A stretch of 64,000 bases of DNA from Candidatus Latescibacterota bacterium (GTDB lineage: Bacteria > Latescibacterota > UBA2968 > UBA8231): positions 4,544,001 to 4,608,000 of the forward strand of contig CBDETK010000013.1 in the NCBI GenBank assembly GCA_965242865.1, in the 5' to 3' direction. Below, one piece after another: positions 29,383 to 39,878 of the stretch (position 1 is the stretch's first letter; each line of letters starts with the position of its first letter). Made by a program: the position numbers and the translations under genes. The notes beneath the pieces were generated by a model. The model did not search any database and was not told where the DNA came from. It saw only the letters and a list, made by a program, of their open reading frames with translations.

Positions 29383-30762
29383 TCAACGGCAGCAGCGGAA
29401 GCCGAGGAGGGGCTGCTCGTAGGTTTGCCAAGGCGAGCCATCGACGACTTCCGCTAAGGCTTCTATATCGTATGGGTCGCGGCCCTCTAGGGACAAGGTG
29501 CCCGCCAAGGTCGCGCTGTCGCAAGCACCGCTTAGAGATACGTTGCTTGCTGCGATGTACACCGCTAGATCGCCGCCGGCGTCGACCGCGGCGAGCCACT
29601 CGTCCATGTTGCCCGTCAGGTCAAAGATGCCGGTTGAGCCGCCGCAGTTGGGAAACGAGCCAGAGGGCGCGAGCTGATCGGCTGGGTCGCTGCTGAGGCG
29701 AGAAAAGGCCGACCCCGGCACATTGCAGAAGCGCACGCCAAAGTGGTCGCGGCCGTCGTAGGCCGCCCCATCGTCGGTCGAAGAAAAACGCCGCAGTTGG
29801 CCGGCTTGACACGCTGCGCGCCACTCGCTCGGCTCGCACAGGCGTTTGCCGACGGCCGCGCACTGGCGCGCCGCGTGGAAAAACGAAGCGGACTGCGGCC
29901 GCTCGCCCTGGGCGTTGGGGTACTCGTACGCGTCGATTTCGTAGGCTTGGCCGGTGGTTGGCCGGCTCAGGCGCACCATGCCGCCGGCCGGTAGCGGCGG
30001 CTCGGTCACTTGGAGGGTGATTTCGCGCTCCGCGCTGGCCGCGCCGTCGCTGGCGGAAACGCGCAGTTGGTGGCGGCCGGGAAAAAAGGCGACCACTGCG
30101 GCGCGCGAGCCAATGGGCCGGCCGGTTTCCTCGTCGCGGAGGGCCGTGGGCCAAATGCCGAGGCTGTCCTCGTTGACCGGCGTCCAGTGGTATTCGAGCG
30201 GATCGCCGTCGGGGTCGGTACCATAAGCGTCGATAAATAGGTGCGGTGCGCTAAACGCGCCGGTCGCGTCGGCCCGGACTTCCAGCAGCGGGGCGCGCTG
30301 CACGACCTCCACGATAAAGTTTTCCACCAGCACCCGGGCGTCTTCGGCGCAGCGCTGGCGGTCGGCCAGATCGGGGACGACCTGACAGTTGCGGTCGGTT
30401 ATGAGGACCTGCACGACAAATTGCTCGCTGGAGCCGTCGATGGTTTGGGGGGCGAACCAAGAATTGGTCTCTTGGGCCTGCGAATCGCGGAAGCGGCCTC
30501 CGGCCGGGGCCTTCCACTCGTAGAACACGGGATCGTCGTCTTCGTCGGCTGCGCGGATTTCAACGCGAATCTCGCCGCCGCGCGAGACCCGGCAGACCGC
30601 GCCCGCGCTGTTGATCAGGGTGTCTGAGGACGTGTGGCCCGGCGGCTGGCAGGTCATGCGCGCCAGATGTACGGTCGGGGGATCGTTGGGGAGCTCGTCG
30701 TGGAGCACGCTGCAGGCGCCGAGGGCGAGCAGTGGGGCCGAGCGGCACCAGCCGAGGTTCAT
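29383..30762 (-). CDS. Lipoprotein with Ig/PKD-like repeats and a C-terminal FGE-sulfatase-like domain
   Basis: Lipobox LALGAC; DPDGDPLEYHW Ig-like motif; YEIDAYEYPN, GKRLCEPSEW, DLTGNMDEW and GFRCC. Confidence 0.7.
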   Translation of the reverse strand: MNLGWCRSAPLLALGACSVLHDELPNDPPTVHLARMTCQPPGHTSSDTLINSAGAVCRVSRGGEIRVEIRAADEDDDPVFYEWKAPAGGRFRDSQAQETNSWFAPQTIDGSSEQFVVQVLITDRNCQVVPDLADRQRCAEDARVLVENFIVEVVQRAPLLEVRADATGAFSAPHLFIDAYGTDPDGDPLEYHWTPVNEDSLGIWPTALRDEETGRPIGSRAAVVAFFPGRHQLRVSASDGAASAEREITLQVTEPPLPAGGMVRLSRPTTGQAYEIDAYEYPNAQGERPQSASFFHAARQCAAVGKRLCEPSEWRAACQAGQLRRFSSTDDGAAYDGRDHFGVRFCNVPGSAFSRLSSDPADQLAPSGSFPNCGGSTGIFDLTGNMDEWLAAVDAGGDLAVYIAASNVSLSGACDSATLAGTLSLEGRDPYDIEALAEVVDGSPWQTYEQPLLGFRCCR

Positions 30763-31628
30763 TCGCTGTCGAGCAGGTCGAGTAAGCGCTCTAGATCGCC
30801 GTCGTTGTAAAATTCGACCTGAATCCACCCCTTGTTTGCCTTGCGGTGGATGTTGACTGCCGTGCCGAAGCGGTGCTGCAACCGCTCCTCATAGTCGCGG
30901 AGGTGGGGATCGCTGGGGATTTCTTGGGGCGACTTCTTTTTTTTGCGCCCTACGCGCTGATGGGCGACCGCCTTTTCGACCTCGCGGACCGCCATTTTCT
31001 CCTCGACCGCTTGGCGGGCCAGCGCGAGCCGGTCTTCGTCTTCTTCGAGGCCGAGCAGGGCGCGGGCGTGCCCCATCTGCAATTGGCCACGGCGCAAGAA
31101 GTCTTGGACTTCGTGCGGCAGTTGCAACAGCCTGAGAAGATTGGTGACGGTCGAGCGATTTTTGCCCACTTTGCGAGCGACTTCCTCTTGGGTGAGAAAG
31201 CACTTGTCGGTCAGGGAGCGGTAGCCTTCGGCCTCTTCGATGGGGGTTAGGTTTTCGCGCTGGATGTTCTCGATCAGCGACAGCTCCATCAAATCTTGCT
31301 GGGACTCGATTTCGTGGACGATCGCCGGTATTTGTTGAATCCCCGCCTTTTTGACGGCCCGCCAGCGGCGCTCGCCAGCGATGATTTGGTAGGTCTGGCC
31401 GATGCGGTTGACGGCGATGGGCTGGATGACGCCTTTTTCTTGGATGGAGGATATCAGCTCGTTGAGGCGCTCCTCGTCGAACTCGGTGCGGGCTTGATGG
31501 GGATTGGGTTCAATCTCATCGACGTTGAGATAAACGACTTGGCGCGTAGCGTCGCCTTGGCCGCTAGGTTCGGCGTATTCCGGGATGAGGGCACTGATGC
31601 CCTTGCCGAGAACCGGCTTCTTACCCAT
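30759..31628 (-). CDS. parB: Chromosome partitioning protein ParB/Spo0J
   Basis: LGKGISAL, GVIQPI, AGERRWRA, LIENIQRENL and an HTH. Confidence 0.96.
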   Translation of the reverse strand: MGKKPVLGKGISALIPEYAEPSGQGDATRQVVYLNVDEIEPNPHQARTEFDEERLNELISSIQEKGVIQPIAVNRIGQTYQIIAGERRWRAVKKAGIQQIPAIVHEIESQQDLMELSLIENIQRENLTPIEEAEGYRSLTDKCFLTQEEVARKVGKNRSTVTNLLRLLQLPHEVQDFLRRGQLQMGHARALLGLEEDEDRLALARQAVEEKMAVREVEKAVAHQRVGRKKKKSPQEIPSDPHLRDYEERLQHRFGTAVNIHRKANKGWIQVEFYNDGDLERLLDLLDSE

Positions 31629-32388
31629 GGTCGATTACTTCTCCTGCAAGGCTCATATAATCCTGAGATCCCTGCGACAAAATGTCGTAGAGTACGATGG
31701 GTTGACCGTGGCTAGGGGCCTCGGCCAACCGCACGTTGCGGCTGATGGAGGTCTTGTAAACCTTGTTGCCGAAATAGGACTTGACCTCTGAAGACACTTG
31801 GCGCGATAGGTTCAAGCGCCCGTCGAACATGGTGAGCAGGACGCCGGCGATCTGGAGCTTGGGGTTGAGGTGGCGTTGGATCTGGCGCACGGTGTTGAGC
31901 AGCCGGCCGAGGCCCTCTAGCGCATAGTACTCGCACTGAATGGGGATCATCACGGAGTCGGCGGCCGTCAGGGCGTTGATGGTCAGCAGGCCCAAAGAGG
32001 GCGGACAGTCGAGGATGATGTAGGCGTATTGATCGCGGACTTGGTCGAGCAGCCCGTCTAACTTTTGCTCGCGGGCGATCATGTTGACCATTTCGACCTC
32101 GGCCCCGGTCAGGTTGATGTGCGAGGGAATTAAGGACAGAAAGGATATCTTGGTCTCGTAGATGACCTCGGCCGAGGCCTTTTGCCCGATCAGCGCGTGG
32201 TAAATGTTGGCCGCTTGGACGTCCGCGTCGGTTTGAAAGCCGCAGCCCGAAGAGGCGTTGGCCTGCGGATCCATATCGATGAGCAGGGTCTTTTGCTCGG
32301 CCACGGCGAGGCTGGCCGCCAAGTTGACGGCGGTCGTGGTCTTGCCGACCCCTCCCTTTTGATTGGATATGGCGATGACCCGACCCAT
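31621..32388 (-). CDS. parA: Chromosome partitioning ATPase ParA/Soj
   Basis: NQKGGVGKTT deviant Walker A, DCPPSLG and QCEYYALEG. Confidence 0.96.
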   Translation of the reverse strand: MGRVIAISNQKGGVGKTTTAVNLAASLAVAEQKTLLIDMDPQANASSGCGFQTDADVQAANIYHALIGQKASAEVIYETKISFLSLIPSHINLTGAEVEMVNMIAREQKLDGLLDQVRDQYAYIILDCPPSLGLLTINALTAADSVMIPIQCEYYALEGLGRLLNTVRQIQRHLNPKLQIAGVLLTMFDGRLNLSRQVSSEVKSYFGNKVYKTSISRNVRLAEAPSHGQPIVLYDILSQGSQDYMSLAGEVIDHG

Positions 32389-32397
32389 GGCGGCAGC

Positions 32398-35028
32398 TCA
32401 CTCGGCCAGAGCGGCTTGGGCGGCTGCCAAGCGGGCGATGGGCACCCGGTAGGGGGAACAAGACACGTAGTCGAGGCCCACTTCGTGGCAAAAGGTCACC
32501 GAGCTTGGGTCGCCGCCGTGCTCGCCGCAGATGCCCACCTTGAGCTGGGGACGGGTGCTGCGGCCCCGCTCGGTGCCGAGGCGCACGAGCTGGCCGGTGC
32601 CCGCTTGGTCGAGGCTTTGGAAGGGATCGTCGGCGAGAATGCCTTGGGCCACGTATTCGGGGAGGAACTTGCCGGCGTCGTCGCGGCTGTAGCCAAAGGT
32701 GAGCTGGGTCAGGTCGTTGGTCCCAAAGCTGAAAAACTCGGCTTCTGCGGCGATTTGGTCGGCGAGGAGGGCAGCGCGGGGAATTTCGATCATGGTGCCT
32801 ACTAGGTACTCGATCGCGCGGCCGCTGGCAATGGCGACGCGGTCGACCATGGCTTTTAGGTCGCTAAATTCGCGCTCGGTGCCCACGAGGGGGATCATGA
32901 TTTCGGGCAGGGGCTCGCCGCCGGCGGCCCGCACGTTGACGGCGGCCTCAAAAATGGCCTCGACCTGCATCTCGTAGATTTCCGGGTACGTGATCCCCAA
33001 GCGACAGCCGCGGTGCCCCAACATGGGGTTGAACTCGTGCAGCGAGGCGATTTTGGCCTCGATCTGGCGCAAGGGGACGCCCAGTTCCGCGGCCATTTGC
33101 GCTTGCTGGGCCGGCTCGTGGGGCAAGAACTCGTGCAGCGGCGGGTCGAGCAGGCGGATGGTTACGGGCAGGCCGTCCATGGCGGTAAAGATGCCTTCAA
33201 AATCGCGCCGCTGCATGGGCTTGAGCTTGGCGAGGGCGCGGCGTCGCCCGGCTTCGTCGCCGGCGAGGATCATCTCCCGCACCGCCACGATGCGGTCGGC
33301 TTCAAAGAACATGTGCTCGGTGCGGCACAAGCCGATGCCCTCCGCGCCGAACCTGCGGGCCACTTGGGAGTCGTGGGGCGTATCGGCGTTGGTGCGCACG
33401 GCCAAGCGGCGCGTGTCGTCGGCCCAGCCCATTACGGTGTCAAACGCGGCCGAAAAGCTGGGCTCCACCGTGGGCACTTGGCCCAGCATGACTTGGCCGG
33501 ACGAGCCGTCGATGGAGATCCAATCGCCCTTTTTGACGGTCTGGCCGCTGGCGGTAAACAGCTCTTGGTGATAGTCGATGGCTAGGGCCTCGCAGCCGGC
33601 CACGCAGCACTTGCCCATGCCGCGCGCGACGAGGGCCGCATGGGAGGACGCGCCCCCCCGCGCGGTGAGGATGCCTTGGGCCGCGTCCATGCCGCCGATG
33701 TCTTCGGGCGACGTCTCTTGGCGCACCAAGATGACCTGCTGGCCTTGGGCCGCTTGAGCTTCGGCTTCTTCGGCGTTAAAGACCACTTGGCCGACCGCGG
33801 CCCCCGGGGAGGCCGGCAGGCCCTCGGCGATGACGTCGCGGGGGCTGGTGTCGGCAAACGTGGGATGGAGGAGCTGGTCGAGCTGCGCTGGCGTGACGCG
33901 CCGCAGGGCTTCGTCTCGGGCGATCAGCCCTTCGGCGACCATGTCCACGGCGATTTGGAAGGCCGCGGCGCCCGTGCGCTTGCCATTGCGGGTTTGCAGC
34001 ATCCACAGCTTGCCCTTCTGGACCGTGAACTCCACATCCTGCATGTCGCGGTAGTGCGGCTCTAGCTGGGCGCAGATTTGTTCAAACTGCTCGTACACTT
34101 GCGGCATGTGGCCGCTGAGCTCGGCCAGGGGTTGGGGCGTGCGGATGCCAGCGACCACGTCTTCGCCTTGGGCGTTGGTGAGGAACTCGCCGTAGAGTTG
34201 CTTGGCCCCGGTGGAGGGATTACGGGTGAAGGCCACGCCCGTGGCGCAATCGTCGCCCATATTGCCGTACACCATGGACTGGACGTTGACGGCCGTGCCC
34301 CAGTCGTGGGGGATGCCTTCGATTTCTCGGTAGCGAATGGCGCGCTGGCCCTGCCAAGAGCCGAAGACCGCGCCGATGGCCTGCCACAACTGCTCGTGGG
34401 GATCTTCTGGGAATTCGCGGTTGAGCCGCTGGGCGATCTCGGCCTTAAACTCGGCGACCAAGGAGCGCAGATCTGCGGCGCTGAGTTCGCTGTCGAGCGA
34501 GACCCCGCGGGCGCGCTTTTTTGCTTCGAGCAGGGCCTCGAAAGGGTCTGTTTCCTTTTCGTCTTCTGGCCGCAAGCCCATGACCACGTCGCCGTACATT
34601 TGCACAAAGCGGCGGTACACGTCGTAGCAAAAGCGCGGGTCGCCCGATTGTTCGATGAGCCCCTGCACGATCTGGTCGTTGAGGCCGAGGTTGAGCACGG
34701 TCTCCATCATGCCGGGCATGGACACTCTGGCCCCGGAGCGCACGGATAGCAAGAGTGGGTTGGCCGCGTCGCCAAAGCGTGCGCTCATGGTTTTTTCGAC
34801 TTCTGCAACCGCGCGTTCCACTTGGGCTTTGAGGGCGGTGGGATACGTTTTGTCGTGGTGGTAGTAATGGGTGCAAACCTCGGTGGTGATGGTAAAACCG
34901 GCTGGGACGGGCAGGCCGAGCTGGGCCATTTCGGCGAGGTTGGCGCCTTTGCCGCCGAGCAGGTTGCGCATTTCCTTGTCGCCTTCGGATTGGGAGGTGC
35001 CAAACAGATATACGTACTTTTCCGTCAT
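32398..35028 (-). CDS. ppdK: Pyruvate, phosphate dikinase
   Basis: LGGKGANL, SVRSGARVSMPGMM, GGASSHAA phospho-His, GLCRTEHMF and GICGEHGG. Confidence 0.98.
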   Translation of the reverse strand: MTEKYVYLFGTSQSEGDKEMRNLLGGKGANLAEMAQLGLPVPAGFTITTEVCTHYYHHDKTYPTALKAQVERAVAEVEKTMSARFGDAANPLLLSVRSGARVSMPGMMETVLNLGLNDQIVQGLIEQSGDPRFCYDVYRRFVQMYGDVVMGLRPEDEKETDPFEALLEAKKRARGVSLDSELSAADLRSLVAEFKAEIAQRLNREFPEDPHEQLWQAIGAVFGSWQGQRAIRYREIEGIPHDWGTAVNVQSMVYGNMGDDCATGVAFTRNPSTGAKQLYGEFLTNAQGEDVVAGIRTPQPLAELSGHMPQVYEQFEQICAQLEPHYRDMQDVEFTVQKGKLWMLQTRNGKRTGAAAFQIAVDMVAEGLIARDEALRRVTPAQLDQLLHPTFADTSPRDVIAEGLPASPGAAVGQVVFNAEEAEAQAAQGQQVILVRQETSPEDIGGMDAAQGILTARGGASSHAALVARGMGKCCVAGCEALAIDYHQELFTASGQTVKKGDWISIDGSSGQVMLGQVPTVEPSFSAAFDTVMGWADDTRRLAVRTNADTPHDSQVARRFGAEGIGLCRTEHMFFEADRIVAVREMILAGDEAGRRRALAKLKPMQRRDFEGIFTAMDGLPVTIRLLDPPLHEFLPHEPAQQAQMAAELGVPLRQIEAKIASLHEFNPMLGHRGCRLGITYPEIYEMQVEAIFEAAVNVRAAGGEPLPEIMIPLVGTEREFSDLKAMVDRVAIASGRAIEYLVGTMIEIPRAALLADQIAAEAEFFSFGTNDLTQLTFGYSRDDAGKFLPEYVAQGILADDPFQSLDQAGTGQLVRLGTERGRSTRPQLKVGICGEHGGDPSSVTFCHEVGLDYVSCSPYRVPIARLAAAQAALAE

Positions 35029-35214
35029 TTCTTTCCTATTCTATATATAAGATATATAAGGTGAATGTTTTGAAGCGAGAGGGCTTGGCCACGGCGATGG
35101 CAAGAGGGGCGATGGGGCGATGGGAAGAGTCCAAAAATCGAACATGCGCGGTGCTTTGAGAGGAACGGCCTGCGGAGGGCTGAATATATCCCAAAGGGGC
35201 GGTTCGTGCAAGCA

Positions 35215-36234
35215 TTACGCCCACACCTGTTCCCACCGCTGACTGGCGGCCGAGCGATAGAGTGCCAAGGCCGTGCGCAGCTCGCCGAGGGCGTGTTCCG
35301 GGGGCGCGTCCGGGGCCTTGCCATCGAGGACGGCCGCGGCGAAATCAGCGAGCTCCGGCCCAAAGGACTCGGTGTAGCCCGGGCTGGCAAAAAGCCGCGT
35401 GCCCTCGGGATGGTCGGCGTCCCACAGCCAGAGTTCGGCGCCGTCGAGCCCGGCGTTGATGGTTAGCTCGCCCTGAGTGCCCGTAATCCGCCACCAAGGG
35501 TCTGGGGCAAAGACCGTGTCGATCATCATGGCGTCGAAAACAGCGGTCTTGCCCGATTCAAAGCGGAAGAGCGCGCGGGCGAGGGACTCGCCCTCCATTT
35601 GCGCGAGCGGGTGCCCCAAGACGCCGACCACCTCTTTGATTTCGCCCAGCCACATTCGCAGGGGCCGAATCCAGTGCGAGCCGCCGTCGATGGTGATGCC
35701 GCCGCCGGTGCGCCCCTTTTCGTAGCGCCAAGGCCGCTCTTCCTTGAACCAGTAGGAGTCAAACGGATAGACAAAGGCCGCGCGGGCGGTGATGATTTCG
35801 CCGATGGCCCCGGCCGCAAGGAGCGTTTGTGCCTCGACGATTTCGGGCCAGTACTGGCTGTTTTCCGCGACCATAAAGACGCCCGGAGCCGTGCGGGCCG
35901 CGGCGAGAATGCGGTCGCAGGCGTCGAGGGTGGGGGCCATGGGCTTTTCCAAGAGCACGTGCTTGCCGGCGGCGAAGCACTTGAGGGCGATGGGTTCGTG
36001 CAAGTCGTGGGGCAGCATGATATCGACGGCGTCGAAGTCGCCCTTTTCGAGCGCGGCGTCGAGCGAGGTGAAGGCCCGCCCGCCGGTTTCAGCGGCGTAG
36101 GCTTGGGCTTTGGACTCGTCGAGATCGACGAGCGCGGTGACGTCAATGCGGGGAGCGTGCTCCTTGATGCCATCGAGGTGAAAGCGAGCGATGGCACCAC
36201 AGCCGATAAAGGCCAGCTTGAGTTGGTCCGGCAT
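35215..36234 (-). CDS. Gfo/Idh/MocA family oxidoreductase
   Basis: IGCGAIA, HVLLEKPMA and GGGITIDGGSH motifs. Confidence 0.9.
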   Translation of the reverse strand: MPDQLKLAFIGCGAIARFHLDGIKEHAPRIDVTALVDLDESKAQAYAAETGGRAFTSLDAALEKGDFDAVDIMLPHDLHEPIALKCFAAGKHVLLEKPMAPTLDACDRILAAARTAPGVFMVAENSQYWPEIVEAQTLLAAGAIGEIITARAAFVYPFDSYWFKEERPWRYEKGRTGGGITIDGGSHWIRPLRMWLGEIKEVVGVLGHPLAQMEGESLARALFRFESGKTAVFDAMMIDTVFAPDPWWRITGTQGELTINAGLDGAELWLWDADHPEGTRLFASPGYTESFGPELADFAAAVLDGKAPDAPPEHALGELRTALALYRSAASQRWEQVWA

Positions 36235-36371
36235 GAAAAATCTCCGATAGCGAGGTGAGTTCAGGCCGAGAAAATACGCAATGGAGGCGCGGGGAATCAA
36301 ATTTGCCGTTGCTTGGGTAGCGGAACCGGGGGCGTGGGGATACATTATGGAACCAAACCAAGGAGATTCTT

Positions 36372-39245
36372 ATGAAAGACAAATTGCTGTTATCCGCTTT
36401 CGTGCTGTGGGCGGGCGCGGCCTTTGGCGTCGAGGGGACGCTTTCCGGCGTGGTGATGGGGCCAGCCGGCGAAGTCATCCCCGGGGCCAACGTCGTCCTC
36501 GTCGGCGACCGGCTGCCGAGCGGCCGGGTCGGCACGGCGACCGACGAAGACGGGCGCTTCCGCCTAGCGGGGCTGCCGGCCGGCGAGTATCAACTCAGCG
36601 TCACGCATATCGGCTATCGGCTCCTGACGAGGGAAGGAGTTGGTATCGTCGCTGGGGAGCAGGAACTGACGTTGCGGCTGGAGACGGGAATAATTTTCCT
36701 CGACCAGAACGTAGTCTCGGCCTCGCGGCGGCAGGAAAAGGTCCTCGAAGCCCCGGCCTCGGTGGCCGTGGTCGAGGCCGAGGACATTCGCAACCGACCG
36801 GCCCTCAGCGTCGCCGAGCACATCCGCGACCTGCCGGCCGTGGATTTTTCCCAGACCGGCTTGGCGCAGAGCAATGTGGTCGTGCGGGGCTTCAACAATG
36901 TCTTTTCGGGTGCGCTGCTGACCCTGACCGACAATCGCATCGCCCGCGTCCCCTCCCTGCGCTTGAACGCCTACAACTTCATTCCGGTGACCAACGACGA
37001 TATCGAGCGCATTGAGGTGGTGTTGGGGCCGGGGGCCGCGCTCTACGGGCCGAATAGCGCCAACGGCGTGATGCACATCATCACCCACTCGCCGTTTACG
37101 TCAGCCGGGACCAACGTCAACGTTGGCGTGGGCGAGCGCAGTTTATACAAGGTGGGGATGCGCCACGCCGGGACAGCGGGCGATCGCCTCGGCTACAAGG
37201 TGTCGGCCCAGTACTACGAGGGGATGGACTGGGAGTACGAAGACCCGGTTGAGGTGCAGGCTAGGGCCGCCAATCCAACCATCCCACCGCGCAATTTTGA
37301 CATTGAACGCCAGAGTGCCGAAGTGCGCTTGGACTACCGGGCCTCGGACGACTTAACGGCCATTTTGGCGGCCGGCTACAACAAGGCCGATCAGATCGAG
37401 TTGACCGGCCTAGGGGCTGGCCAAGCCCAAGACTGGGAGTACAACTACGTCCAGTTGCGCCTGCTGTACAAGAATTGGTTCGCCCAAGTCTTTCAGAACG
37501 GGAGCAACGCCGGCGATACCTTTACCCTGCGCGATGGGAATCCGATCGTCGATAACTCTAGGCTGACCGCCTTCCAGCTCCAGCACTCGGCCGCGCTAGG
37601 AGGTCGGCAGCGCTTTACGTACGGCGCGGATGTGCTGCTGACGCGGCCCGATACCGAGGGGACGATCAACGGCGGCAACGAAGACTACGATCAGACCAAC
37701 GAATTTGGGGCGTACGTGCAGAGCGAGACGGCCCTGAGCGAGATGCTCGACTTGGTGGTGGCCCTGCGCTACGACGACCACAACCGCATTCCCGAAGGCG
37801 AAATCTCGCCGCGCGCCGGGCTAGTCTTCAAGCCGAAGGAGACCCAAATTCTGCGGCTGACGTACAATCGCGCCTTTGCGACGCCGTCGAGCAACAATCT
37901 CTATTTGGACATCAGCTCCAGCCAAGACGCCTTTGGCATTGGCGCGGCCTTTGAGCCATCGCTGGGCTTTGCACCGGCCATTGACGTGCGGGCGCAGGGG
38001 ACCTATCGAGAGGGTTTTGCCTCCGGCTGGACCTTTACTCGCTCGGGCAATGGCCGGCCGCAGTTTCGCTCGCCCTTCGCGCCGTTGGCAGAAAAGGCCG
38101 CGGCCGATTACATCGACTTGGGGGATCCGGTTTTTACCAATGTGATGTGGGGTCTGGGGCGCAGGGGGGTGTTGAGCCGGCTCAATACCCCGCTTTTTGA
38201 GGGACTCGCAGCGACTCAGATTGGGGTCCTGCAAGAGCTGGACCAAGCAGCGGCTGAGGAGGCCGCCGGGCAGCTATTGAGCGAGTTAGCGGCCTTGGTG
38301 CCCGAGCAATTGACCGGGTTGGACAACACCCTGCGCATGCTCAACCTAGAGAAGGTAGCGGCTGGCGATCCGGCCCCCTTTGATCCGGTAGGTGATGTGC
38401 TCGACGTGCCGCTGACCCGCTCGACGACCACCGAGACCTTTGAGTTGGGCTACAAGGGCGTAATCGGCGAGAAGCTAGTCGTGGCGGCCGACCTGTATCA
38501 CACCCGCATTGAGGATTTCGTCTCCCCGATTCAGGTGCAGACGCCCAATGTATTTCTCGATCCGGCCAGCCTTGGAGTGGCGCTAGGGACGAGCCTCGGC
38601 GAAGCACTGACTGATAATCCAGGGATGGCCGCGGCCGTTGCTCCGCTCGACAATATGCAGGTCCCGGGCACCTTGTCTGGCAACGGCAATGGCTCGCCCG
38701 TGGATGAAATTGTCACGTTGTTTGCCGGCGGAGCCGCGAGCATCCCGTTTGGCACGGTTACGCCCGAGCAAGCCTTCGACCCGACGGCCGTGATGTTGAC
38801 CTATCGCAATTTCGGCGAGATCACCCTCAACGGGCTGGACGTGAACTTGGCCTATTTCCCGAGCGACCAATGGTCGCTCACGGGCAGCTACTCTTGGGTC
38901 GATAAGACCTTGTTTGAAAAGGTCGATGACATCGCCGACATCGCGCTCAACGCGCCGGGCAACAAGTTCAAGCTGGGCACGTCGTACACCTTTAACCAAC
39001 CGCAACTAACCCTAGGGGCGCAGTGGCGCTCCGTGGGGGCGTTTCGCCAAGAGTCGGGGGTGTTCGTCGGAGATGTGGACTCGTACTCGCTACTCGATTT
39101 GAACGCCAGTTATCGGCTGCCGTTCGGGCGCCACCTACGGCTCGGGGTGGATGTTTCCAACGCGCTTGACACCAAGCACCGGACCTTTGTTGGGGCCCCG
39201 GAGATTGGCCGCTTAGTCTTTGGGCAATTGGGCGTGGCGTTCTGA
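36372..39245 (+). CDS. TonB-dependent receptor with N-terminal carboxypeptidase-regulatory-like domain
   Basis: Signal peptide, TonB box region VVSASR, plug motif IERIEVVLGPGAALYG and C-terminal Phe. Confidence 0.93.
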   Translation: MKDKLLLSAFVLWAGAAFGVEGTLSGVVMGPAGEVIPGANVVLVGDRLPSGRVGTATDEDGRFRLAGLPAGEYQLSVTHIGYRLLTREGVGIVAGEQELTLRLETGIIFLDQNVVSASRRQEKVLEAPASVAVVEAEDIRNRPALSVAEHIRDLPAVDFSQTGLAQSNVVVRGFNNVFSGALLTLTDNRIARVPSLRLNAYNFIPVTNDDIERIEVVLGPGAALYGPNSANGVMHIITHSPFTSAGTNVNVGVGERSLYKVGMRHAGTAGDRLGYKVSAQYYEGMDWEYEDPVEVQARAANPTIPPRNFDIERQSAEVRLDYRASDDLTAILAAGYNKADQIELTGLGAGQAQDWEYNYVQLRLLYKNWFAQVFQNGSNAGDTFTLRDGNPIVDNSRLTAFQLQHSAALGGRQRFTYGADVLLTRPDTEGTINGGNEDYDQTNEFGAYVQSETALSEMLDLVVALRYDDHNRIPEGEISPRAGLVFKPKETQILRLTYNRAFATPSSNNLYLDISSSQDAFGIGAAFEPSLGFAPAIDVRAQGTYREGFASGWTFTRSGNGRPQFRSPFAPLAEKAAADYIDLGDPVFTNVMWGLGRRGVLSRLNTPLFEGLAATQIGVLQELDQAAAEEAAGQLLSELAALVPEQLTGLDNTLRMLNLEKVAAGDPAPFDPVGDVLDVPLTRSTTTETFELGYKGVIGEKLVVAADLYHTRIEDFVSPIQVQTPNVFLDPASLGVALGTSLGEALTDNPGMAAAVAPLDNMQVPGTLSGNGNGSPVDEIVTLFAGGAASIPFGTVTPEQAFDPTAVMLTYRNFGEITLNGLDVNLAYFPSDQWSLTGSYSWVDKTLFEKVDDIADIALNAPGNKFKLGTSYTFNQPQLTLGAQWRSVGAFRQESGVFVGDVDSYSLLDLNASYRLPFGRHLRLGVDVSNALDTKHRTFVGAPEIGRLVFGQLGVAF

Positions 39246-39262
39246 GGGAAGGTACAGCAGGT

Positions 39263-39301
39263 AAAAGGGGGGGACGGGCATGGCCCATCCCCCCTTTTTT
39301 T
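39263..39301. terminator. Bidirectional intrinsic terminator
   Basis: AAAAGGGGGGACGGGC-ATG-GCCCATCCCCCCTTTTTT lies between convergent genes. Confidence 0.85.
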
Positions 39302-39878
39302 ACGTCGGCTCGTTGCCGCGGGCCATGACGACCTTGCCGGTGCGGACCATCTCCTTGAGGTCGAACTTGCTCAATAGGGACTCGAGCGCGTCCATCTTCT
39401 CGGTGGTGCCGGTGGCCTCGATGGTGATGGTTTCCTCGGATATATCGACGGTCTTGCCGCGGAACACCTCGGCGATCTGCAAGACCTCGGTGCGCTCTTC
39501 GACCGAGCAGCCGACCTTGAAGAGTGCCAACTCGCGGACGATGGCGTTTTCGGCCGAATGGTCCTTGGCGTGGATGACATCGACTAGCTTGTTGAGCTGG
39601 AGAATGATCTGGTGCAACTCGGCGGCCGGGCCAATGCTGGTGATGGTCATGCGCGAGCACTGGGGGATGTGGGCCGGCGAGACGACTAGGTTTTCGATGT
39701 TGTAGCCGCGGCGGGCAAAGCACTGGGCGATTCGCACCAGCACTCCGGGGCGATCGTTGACCAACAGGCCGATGGTCGCCTTGTGCTGGGGTTCGGCCAG
39801 CTTGAGCTGGGGCGCGTCCACCGCCTCTTGGCGGGCGTTGAGGTCGGCCGCGGCAAAGTCAATGGCGGTTGTAGGCAT
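39300..39878 (-). CDS. ilvN: Acetolactate synthase small (regulatory) subunit
   Basis: NDRPGVLVRIAQCFARRGYNIENL ACT domain, QLNKLVDV and RELAL motifs. Confidence 0.93.
   Translation of the reverse strand: MPTTAIDFAAADLNARQEAVDAPQLKLAEPQHKATIGLLVNDRPGVLVRIAQCFARRGYNIENLVVSPAHIPQCSRMTITSIGPAAELHQIILQLNKLVDVIHAKDHSAENAIVRELALFKVGCSVEERTEVLQIAEVFRGKTVDISEETITIEATGTTEKMDALESLLSKFDLKEMVRTGKVVMARGNEPT

Noticed and set aside
30759-32388. parS sites or a plasmid/prophage partition module
   Set aside because: No TGTTNCACGTGAAACA-like palindrome was seen by eye. The proteins are chromosomal Soj/Spo0J type among housekeeping genes.
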